NCBI RefSeq assembly: GCF_003367075.2
Contig: NZ_CP065936.1
Coordinates: 2,700,001 to 2,732,000 of the forward strand
From: Cylindrospermopsis raciborskii Cr2010
Lineage (GTDB): Bacteria; Cyanobacteriota; Cyanobacteriia; Cyanobacteriales; Nostocaceae
Direction of reading: 5' to 3'
DNA length: 32,000 bases
Numbering within the stretch: the first letter of the stretch is position 1; every line of letters starts with the position of its first letter. The position numbers were made by a program, and so were the translations under genes. Below the pieces are notes generated by a model. It was not told the origin of the DNA, did no database searches, and was given only the letters and a program-made list of their open reading frames with translations. This document shows positions 9,682 through 16,402 of the stretch, piece after piece.

Positions 9682-9809
9682 AAACCCACAGGATATATGT
9701 AAACGCGATTGCGAAGTGATCTCTACGGGATTAACCATAATTGGTTGAATTAACCCTTACCTGGAGACTGTCTGTGGGGGAGACAGGGAATTCATTGTCT
9801 CAAAGCCTA

Positions 9810-9835
9810 AGTCGGTTGAAAACCGACTGGTTTTG
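9810..9835 (+). terminator. Intrinsic-terminator-like hairpin inside the duplicated unit
   Basis: AGTCGGTT-GAA-AACCGACT is followed by GGTTTTG. The U-run is on the plus strand only. Confidence 0.4.
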
Positions 9836-10108
9836 TAGTGAGTCATTATGGGTAACCCATTCTACAAATAATTTCCCTACAAGGAAGAGCGATCGCTCCC
9901 GAATATCAAATACTAGTGAGTGGAATAGCGATCGCTCTTTCCCGAAGGGGGGTAATATCAAATATTAGTAGTGTTACAAATACCAGCAGGATATAGATTT
10001 CCATAAATAATTTCCCTACAAGGAAGAGCGATCGCTCGCGGGAGATATGAAATATTAGTAGTGTTGAAACACCAGCGGGATGTGGAATTAAATATAAGAT
10101 TCACGTAG

Positions 10109-10133
10109 GTTGGGTTGAGGAACGAAACCCAAC
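10109..10133. repeat. Conserved hairpin element, loop variant B
   Basis: This is the duplicate of 9657-9681 within the tandem duplication. Confidence 0.8.
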
Positions 10134-10261
10134 AAACCCACAGGATATATGTAAACGCGATTGCGAAGTGATCTCTACGGGATTAACCATAATTGGTTGA
10201 ATTAACCCTTACCTGGAGACTGTCTGTGGGGGAGACAGGGAATTCATTGTCTCAAAGCCTA

Positions 10262-10287
10262 AGTCGGTTGAAAACCGACTGGTTTTG
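10262..10287 (+). terminator. Second copy of the terminator-like hairpin
   Basis: It is identical to 9810-9835, shifted by the 452-bp duplication. Confidence 0.4.
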
Positions 10288-10545
10288 TAGTGAGTCATTA
10301 TGGGTAACCCATTCTACAAATAATTTCCCTACAAGGAAGAGCGATCGCTCGTGAATATCAAATACTAGTGAGTGGAATTAAATATAAGACACAAATTTCC
10401 ATTGTCAGAGTATTATGTCCAAGAGACAATAGTCAACTCCCCCTGAAAAAAATTCCGTGGGGATGTAATAGGAGATAGATGGCGATCGCTATTTTATGGG
10501 TATTATACAACAATTTTCTTATGAAAAAATTTCTTTGAAACCCCC

Positions 10546-10574
10546 TTGACAAATAACTATAACTTTGTTATGGT
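10546..10574 (+). promoter_or_regulatory. Possible tRNA-Phe promoter
   Basis: TTGACA (10546-10551) and TATGGT (10569-10574) are separated by 17 bp, about 30 nt upstream of the tRNA 5' end. The -10 match is weak. Confidence 0.3.
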
Positions 10575-10602
10575 TATCTAATGTGAGCAATAAACAAACC
10601 TA

Positions 10603-10675
<73 letters not shown>

Positions 10676-10707
10676 TTTTCAAATCCCCTATCTCCCCGAG
10701 TTTCAAC

Positions 10708-11820
10708 TTAGTGGTGATGGTGATGATGGGTGGACAATTGAAGATTTACTTCCTGTCCTGCTTCCTTCATCAACTCGCTAATCTGGGTGTTAGCCCAACC
10801 GGCAGCCATTTTTAAGAATTGTGGGTGGTCATTAACACAAGGCATTTGCACATAGTCTAGACCAGAATACTGTTTCTCCAAATCATGAATTATATGGTGT
10901 ACATCCAACAGAGTTTCATGATTTTCTGTGGCAAAACCAATGGGCATAAATATGATCACTTTAGCACCCAATTGAATTAAATTTTTGGCAGCTTGAGTAG
11001 CATTGGGTTGAGTCCATTCAATTAGAGGTGTGTCGTGGTTTAACCAACCCACAGAAATTAAGGGATAACGGTGAATTAATTTCTCCCTGACTAACTCATA
11101 GAGAATTTGACTTTCATCAATTCCTGATGTGAATCCTTTGGCTTTGTGTGGACAACCATGATTGAGCAGTACAATGCCAATTTGGGAAGGTAAATAATTA
11201 GTCGCCAAATCACTACTAACTTTTTCCTCTACTAGTCTTGCCATTAAACTTATATATTCTGGCTCATTGTAAAATGACGGAATATAACGCGTTCCCTTGA
11301 GCCAATGTTGTTCTCCATCCGATAATTCTGCTAAAGCGTTATTAACTTGTTCAATGGCTATACCACTGGTAAAAATAGAGTCTACTACCAATAAGGGATA
11401 GATTAAGATTTTTTCAAAGCCTTGATTTTTAATCTCAGCTAAAACTTGTCCAGGCAAAAAGGGAGCGCAAAAGTTAAAAGCTTTGAAAACTTGAACCTTA
11501 TTACCCCACTTATGTTGTAATTCGTGTTCAATCCCTGCTCGCTGCTTTTCAAAAATAGCGTTGTGAGGAGAAATAAAATCATGATGGGTATGTCCCCATT
11601 CATGACGGTCAAATAATGCCAAAAGTTTAGCTAGGGGAGGATAGATCCAAGTGGGGACGGGTGCAAATTTGGCAGTGAGCAGATTTAAAGCCTGTTCATT
11701 ATAATTAGCAAAATCCTCATAACTCTCCACTTCACCATAACCCATTAGTAATACCGCTATGGAGTCATGGTTTGGTAGATGGTCGTGAGTATGTTGTAGT
11801 TTTTCTGGTGTTACAACCAC
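10708..11820 (-). CDS. Ferrochelatase-family (class II chelatase, HemH-like) paralogue with His-rich termini and no CAB/LHC domain
   Basis: HemH-like motifs are present: VLLMGYGEVES, VLLNHGCPHK and PIGFATENHETLLDV (compare PIGFVSDHLETL). The N-terminus is HTHDHLPNHD and the C-terminus is THHHHHH, with six His codons at 10711-10728. The GTG start at 11820 is supported by GAGG 9 nt upstream and a TAAAAT -10 at 11836-11841 (minus strand). Confidence 0.75.
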   Translation of the reverse strand: MVVTPEKLQHTHDHLPNHDSIAVLLMGYGEVESYEDFANYNEQALNLLTAKFAPVPTWIYPPLAKLLALFDRHEWGHTHHDFISPHNAIFEKQRAGIEHELQHKWGNKVQVFKAFNFCAPFLPGQVLAEIKNQGFEKILIYPLLVVDSIFTSGIAIEQVNNALAELSDGEQHWLKGTRYIPSFYNEPEYISLMARLVEEKVSSDLATNYLPSQIGIVLLNHGCPHKAKGFTSGIDESQILYELVREKLIHRYPLISVGWLNHDTPLIEWTQPNATQAAKNLIQLGAKVIIFMPIGFATENHETLLDVHHIIHDLEKQYSGLDYVQMPCVNDHPQFLKMAAGWANTQISELMKEAGQEVNLQLSTHHHHHH

Positions 11821-11860
11821 AATAATTACCTCAATATTTTAGTGGAATCATCTTGGGACT

Positions 11861-11888
11861 TTTGATGTCAATTTTAAAAATCATCAAA
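11861..11888. promoter_or_regulatory. Inverted repeat in the divergent promoter region (candidate operator)
   Basis: TTTGATG-N14-CATCAAA has perfect 7-bp arms and an AT-rich centre. It lies about 20-45 bp upstream of the predicted -10 of the ferrochelatase-like gene. Confidence 0.3.
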
Positions 11889-11928
11889 GCCAAAGATCAC
11901 AATCTATACTTATATCCCCAACCATTAT

Positions 11929-11952
11929 TATCCTATCCCAGGGGATAGGATA
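11929..11952. promoter_or_regulatory. Perfect 11-2-11 palindrome in the divergent promoter region (candidate operator)
   Basis: TATCCTATCCC-AG-GGGATAGGATA lies immediately upstream of a TTGCAC -35-like hexamer (11956-11961) for the 12009 gene. Confidence 0.3.
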
Positions 11953-12008
11953 CTGTTGCACATAAAAATATACATACTCTCAAAAAACTGGAGACGAGGG
12001 GTGAAGTT

Positions 12009-12584
12009 ATGCAAATTGTAATCTGTCCTGGAATTCATCAGCGGGAATTAACTCAAAGATTCATCGAGGATTTATGGTCTGTAGGGGAAAATAATCTCAA
12101 CAATCTACAGATGGATAACATGTTAGTATTTCCCGAGGAGGGAATTTTAACCTTATCAACATTTCATATTTTACTGTTTCTGGGCGATCGCCTGGGGAAT
12201 AGGTTAGAATTACCGGTGATATTCATTGGGTTTAGTGCGGGTGTGGTGGGAGCGATGGGTGCTGCTATCAAATGGCAAATGCGGGGTGGAAATGTAAAAG
12301 CGTTGATAGCTATAGATGGGTGGGGGGTTCCGGTAGGTGGTAATTTCCCCATTCATCGTCTGAGTCATGATTATTTTACCCATTGGAGTTCTGCTATTCT
12401 GGGTAGTAAGCAAGATAATTTCTATGCAGATCCACCAGTGGAACACTTGTCAATGTGGGGATCACCGGGAAAAGTGCAAGGTTATTGGCAAAACCTATCC
12501 ACAGGGTTTTTCGGGTGTCCAACCTACCTGAGTGCAACGGAATTTTTACATTTGCTGCTAAAAAGTTATGATAGTGAGTTATGA
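12009..12584 (+). CDS. Alpha/beta-hydrolase-fold-like conserved hypothetical protein
   Basis: The 191-aa protein has a nucleophile-elbow-like GFSAG plus candidate Asp (AIDGWG) and His (VEHLSMW) residues. No closer assignment is possible from sequence alone. Confidence 0.55.
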   Translation: MQIVICPGIHQRELTQRFIEDLWSVGENNLNNLQMDNMLVFPEEGILTLSTFHILLFLGDRLGNRLELPVIFIGFSAGVVGAMGAAIKWQMRGGNVKALIAIDGWGVPVGGNFPIHRLSHDYFTHWSSAILGSKQDNFYADPPVEHLSMWGSPGKVQGYWQNLSTGFFGCPTYLSATEFLHLLLKSYDSEL

Positions 12585-12650
12585 GTAAACCGACCATGGA
12601 GGTTAAACCTTGGGTCTTGATTTTCGCCAATCACCAATCAAACAATTCTC

Positions 12651-13880
12651 ATGTTTCCCACGGAACCTACTGCAATTAATCAAGGCTTTAGTGCCCTGGT
12701 CAAAAACCGCAATTTTATGCTGCTGTGGATTGGTCAACTAATATCCCAGTTAGCTGATAAGGTATTATTAATACTAATGATTGATTTATTGGAGAAAAAA
12801 TACTTACCTCCCCATTTATCATCGGGGACTGGAAGGTTTTATCTGTATATGGCATTTACCCTACCAGCAATATTCTTTGGTTCGGTTGGTGGTGTAATTG
12901 TTGACAGAATGCCCAAGAAGTTAATTATGATTGGTTCCGATGTCATTCGCGGTGTATTAACACTGAGTATAGCGTTCTTACCTCGACAGCTGGGGATTCT
13001 ATTAGCACTGAATTTTGGTATTTCCTCGGTTACTCAATTTTTTGCCCCAGCGGAACAAGCTACCATACCTCTTATGGTCAAAAAAGAGAACTTGATGGCA
13101 GCTAATGCTCTATTTAGTAGTACCATGATGGGTGCACTAATAGTGGGTTACGCCTTAGGCTCTACTATTTTAAATGAGGCGGAACATATTGGTATTGATT
13201 TTGGTAAAGAACTACTGGTGGGTTTATTATACTTGCTATCTGCTGCTATTATGCTACCCATCCAGTTTCGAGAACAGCGTCACACTTCTGTAGTCAACCC
13301 GGTGGCAGAATTTTTACAGGGTTGGCAATATCTCAGGACAAACCGCTTGGTATGGAATGCTATGATTCAAATTGTAGCTCTATACTGCGTTTTTGCATCT
13401 TTACTGGAATTATCCATTAGACTAGCAAACAGACTAAAATTAGAACAAACAGATTTTAGCTTTTTCGTAGCTGCAGCTGGTGTAGGTATGGTTCTGGGCG
13501 CAGCAATAATTGGGCATTTTAGTCAACAGCTAGATCGTCAACCCTTACCCCTAATTGGGTTTATATTTATGGCATTGGCACTGGGAATGTTTATTTTCAC
13601 CTATAACCTTCCCTGGGGTTTATTTCTATGTGTTTTCCTGGGTCTAGGAGCATCCCTGGTTAACGTGCCCATGCAAACCCTAATTCAACAATATACTCCC
13701 CCATCCATGCACGGGAAGGTATTTGGCTTTCAAAATCACGCCGTGAATATTGCCCTTTCCTTCCCCCTACTAATTACTACTAAACTGGTGAATGCTCTGG
13801 GTTTATCTTTATTTCTGTTTGGCATGAGTCTCACTGTGGCTATAATTGGCCTGTGGACCTGGCAAAATACTAGAGAATAA
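12651..13880 (+). CDS. MFS transporter (EntS/MFS_3 'transmembrane secretion effector'-like exporter)
   Basis: It is a 409-aa protein with about 12 predicted TM segments. The N-terminal VKNRNFMLLWIGQLISQLADKV signature is typical of the MFS_3 family. Confidence 0.8.
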   Translation: MFPTEPTAINQGFSALVKNRNFMLLWIGQLISQLADKVLLILMIDLLEKKYLPPHLSSGTGRFYLYMAFTLPAIFFGSVGGVIVDRMPKKLIMIGSDVIRGVLTLSIAFLPRQLGILLALNFGISSVTQFFAPAEQATIPLMVKKENLMAANALFSSTMMGALIVGYALGSTILNEAEHIGIDFGKELLVGLLYLLSAAIMLPIQFREQRHTSVVNPVAEFLQGWQYLRTNRLVWNAMIQIVALYCVFASLLELSIRLANRLKLEQTDFSFFVAAAGVGMVLGAAIIGHFSQQLDRQPLPLIGFIFMALALGMFIFTYNLPWGLFLCVFLGLGASLVNVPMQTLIQQYTPPSMHGKVFGFQNHAVNIALSFPLLITTKLVNALGLSLFLFGMSLTVAIIGLWTWQNTRE

Positions 13881-13949
13881 ATAAAGTGTCGGTTTTTCAA
13901 TTAAAATGGTATCCTAAATACAAAATCCAGGCTTAATTTTAGTTATATT

Positions 13950-15848
13950 TTGAGGTTAATCGTGCGATCGCCTTCTCAAATCAATTCCTCACAGTCTGAA
14001 AAACGCAAGTCTGCTCCTATCTCCCACTCCTGGACCCAACCCATAAGAGCAACCGGTGGTTTTGCTCTGTTGGATAGTCTACTCCGTCATGGAGTGGAGT
14101 ATATTTTTGGTTATCCCGGAGGAGCTATACTTCCTATTTATGATGACCTGTATAAAGTAGAAGAAACAGGTAGTATTAAACACATTCTAGTTCGTCATGA
14201 ACAAGGTGCTTCCCATGCTGCGGATGGTTATGCCCGTGCAACGGGCAAGGTGGGGGTATGTTTTGGTACTTCCGGACCGGGAGCTACCAACTTAGTAACA
14301 GGTATTGCCACCGCCTACATGGACTCCATACCCATGATAATTGTCACTGGACAAGTACCCAGACCCGCTATTGGTACTGATGCTTTCCAAGAGACAGATA
14401 TTTATGGTATTACCTTGCCCATAGTCAAACACTCTTACGTGGTGCGGGATCCCAAGGACATGGCCAGAATTGTGGCTGAAGCCTTTCATCTAGCTAGTAC
14501 GGGTAGACCTGGACCAGTTCTCATAGACGTTCCCAAGGATGTAGCCCTGGAAAAATTTGACTATACCCCAGTGGAACCAGGTTCGGTTAAATTACCGGGA
14601 TATCGCCCCACAGTTAAGGGCAATCCTAGACAAATTAATGCCGCTATTCAACTAATCACAGAAAGTCGCAAACCACTCTTGTATGTCGGTGGAGGAGCGA
14701 TCGCCTCTGGATCCCATAAAGAAATCAAAGAACTGGCGGAATTATTCAATATCCCAGTCACCACCACCCTGATGGGAATTGGTGCATTTGACGAACATCA
14801 TCCCCTGTCCTTGGGAATGTTAGGTATGCACGGAACTGCATACGCTAATTTTGCCGTAACAGACTGTGACCTACTAATTTGTGTAGGGGCAAGATTTGAT
14901 GATAGAGTAACAGGAAAACTAGATGAATTTGCTTCCCATGCGAAAGTAATTCACATTGATATTGACCCAGCGGAAGTGGGCAAAAACCGAGTTCCGGAAG
15001 TTCCCATAGTTGGGGATGTGAAAAACGTCTTAGAAGACCTATTGAGGCGATGTCATAACAATCATCACAATCACCATAATCGCAATCAGGAATGGCTAAA
15101 CCTAATTGGTCGTTGGAAACAAGATTACCCTCTCATTGTTCCCCACTACCCTGATAGCATTTCCCCCCAAGAAGTAATAGTGGAAATTGGCAAACAAGCT
15201 CCCAACGCCATTTACACCACCGATGTGGGACAACATCAAATGTGGGCTGCCCAATTCCTCAAAAATGGACCAAGACGGTGGATTTCTAGTGCGGGTTTAG
15301 GCACCATGGGTTTTGGCGTACCCGCAGCTATGGGAGCCAAAGTAGCCTTTCCTGAAGAAGAGGTCATTTGTATTAGTGGTGATGCCAGTTTCCAAATGTG
15401 TTTACAAGAACTGGGAACCTTAGCACAATATGGCATAAATGTCAAGACCGTAATTTTAAATAACGGTTGGCAAGGAATGGTAAGACAATGGCAAGAGGCC
15501 TTCTATGGTGAGAGGTACTCCTGTTCTAATATGGAAGTAGGAATGCCTGATATTGAGCTTTTAGCGCAAGCTTATGGCATTAAGGGCATGGTGATTACTA
15601 AACAAGAAGAGTTATCACAAAAAGTAGCAGAAATGTTAGAGCATAAGGGTCCAGTAGTGGTTAACGTTCATGTCACTAAAGACGAAAACTGCTATCCCAT
15701 GGTAGCACCTGGTAAGAGCAATGCCCAAATGTTCGGGTTACCCAAACCAGGACCAACCACAGTAGTAGAATCAACGTATTGTAACCATTGTGGGACCAAA
15801 AACTCTTCCACTCATAATTTTTGTTCCCAGTGTGGGTCTAAATTGTAA
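13950..15848 (+). CDS. ilvB: Acetolactate synthase (acetohydroxyacid synthase) large subunit, biosynthetic type, with a C-terminal zinc-ribbon-like tail
   Basis: ThDP-enzyme motifs are present ([50 protein letters not shown]...NNGWQGMV). The start is uncertain: TTG 13950 from the track, with GTG 13962 as an alternative. The tail is [23 protein letters not shown]. Confidence 0.9.
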   Translation: MRLIVRSPSQINSSQSEKRKSAPISHSWTQPIRATGGFALLDSLLRHGVEYIFGYPGGAILPIYDDLYKVEETGSIKHILVRHEQGASHAADGYARATGKVGVCFGTSGPGATNLVTGIATAYMDSIPMIIVTGQVPRPAIGTDAFQETDIYGITLPIVKHSYVVRDPKDMARIVAEAFHLASTGRPGPVLIDVPKDVALEKFDYTPVEPGSVKLPGYRPTVKGNPRQINAAIQLITESRKPLLYVGGGAIASGSHKEIKELAELFNIPVTTTLMGIGAFDEHHPLSLGMLGMHGTAYANFAVTDCDLLICVGARFDDRVTGKLDEFASHAKVIHIDIDPAEVGKNRVPEVPIVGDVKNVLEDLLRRCHNNHHNHHNRNQEWLNLIGRWKQDYPLIVPHYPDSISPQEVIVEIGKQAPNAIYTTDVGQHQMWAAQFLKNGPRRWISSAGLGTMGFGVPAAMGAKVAFPEEEVICISGDASFQMCLQELGTLAQYGINVKTVILNNGWQGMVRQWQEAFYGERYSCSNMEVGMPDIELLAQAYGIKGMVITKQEELSQKVAEMLEHKGPVVVNVHVTKDENCYPMVAPGKSNAQMFGLPKPGPTTVVESTYCNHCGTKNSSTHNFCSQCGSKL

Positions 15849-15861
15849 TTGTGATCAGTCA

Positions 15862-15882
15862 CGGGGGAGAATTACTTCCCCG
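15862..15882. terminator. Hairpin between convergent ilvB and ycf36
   Basis: CGGGGGAG-aatta-CTTCCCCG forms 8 bp including one G-U pair, followed by GATTTGG on the plus strand. Confidence 0.4.
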
Positions 15883-15892
15883 GATTTGGTAA

Positions 15893-16402
15893 CTAGAACA
15901 GGTTCCAGACCAAAATGCCAGTGAAATATAAAATAGCCACCACGCCAAAGGTCATCTGTAAGCGTCCCAAAATGGGTTTAATTTCATAAGCCACAATTAA
16001 ACGATCTCGATCAATAATTTCCCGTGGCTTATGCCATATTTGTCCATCATACCAGCCAGATTCCTCATATAAGACCGTGGCACTGTAAAGGCGGTCTTTT
16101 ATATAGAACCAACCTAGATACAACCTGATTAGTACCAGAACCACCACTAGACTAGCAATAGCAGTACCACAAAGGATAAAATGAAATATATGCTTTTCTA
16201 CAGGGAAACTAGAAGCTGAAACCGGACCAGCTATCAACCAAGACCAACCCCAAATCCATAAAATTCTGGTCAGGTAACCACGCGAACCTAGGGTACTCTC
16301 CCCAAAAAACCAGGAATTTTTTAATTCCTCGTACTCGTGGAGCGGTTGCTGTTCAATGGGAACTGGACAATTATCAACCGAAGATCTTATCATTTGGATC
16401 AT
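15893..16402 (-). CDS. ycf36: Ycf36 / DUF1230 (CGLD27-like) membrane protein
   Basis: The N-terminal CPVPIEQQPLHEYEELKNSWFF motif and two TM segments are typical of cyanobacterial and plastid Ycf36. Start options are ATG 16402, ATG 16393 or TTG 16408, and all of them overlap the rsfS stop. Confidence 0.7.
   Translation of the reverse strand: MIQMIRSSVDNCPVPIEQQPLHEYEELKNSWFFGESTLGSRGYLTRILWIWGWSWLIAGPVSASSFPVEKHIFHFILCGTAIASLVVVLVLIRLYLGWFYIKDRLYSATVLYEESGWYDGQIWHKPREIIDRDRLIVAYEIKPILGRLQMTFGVVAILYFTGILVWNLF

Larger units (their letters stand above)
9575..9926. repeat. Tandem duplication, unit 1 (452 bp period)
   Basis: 9575-9898 appears base-for-base identical to 10027-10350 (324 bp). Similarity continues to 9926 and 10378 with two mismatches. 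The 33-nt motif AAATAATTTCCCTACAAGGAAGAGCGATCGCTC occurs at 9866, 10005 and 10318, bracketing the units. Confidence 0.9.
10027..10378. repeat. Tandem duplication, unit 2
   Basis: See unit 1 at 9575-9926. Confidence 0.9.
7791..10500. repeat. Coding-free mosaic of nested short dispersed repeats (MITE-like modules, many HIP1 sites)
   Basis: At least four module families recur in shuffled order. One is about 10 copies of AGCGATCGCTC...ATATCAAATA(C/T)TAGT. Another is 5 copies of CAATAGTCAAC..TTGAAATTAATTGCGATCGCT. A third is 6 copies of GTGGAATTAAATATAAGA. The fourth is 5 GTTGGGTT/AACCCAAC hairpins. Only short ORFs made of repeat sequence are present. Confidence 0.9.

Noticed and set aside
7821-9968. 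Track ORFs inside the repeat region (7821-8021, 8018-8233, 8530-8733, 8988-9284, 9741-9968)
   Set aside because: They are made entirely of repeat modules and mostly start at non-ATG codons without Shine-Dalgarno sequences. They differ between repeat copies by frameshifts and stops, and they read through hairpins (..GFHTSTQPT and ..GFILQPNLR endings). They are most likely artefacts of open frames in repeats.
7791-10500. Possible CRISPR array, given many short repeats with GCGATCGC cores
   Set aside because: The repeats are not a single 25-40-nt unit at a regular period, and the intervening 'spacers' are themselves repeated modules. No cas genes or leader-like region are present. The GCGATCGC cores are the genome-wide HIP1 palindrome.
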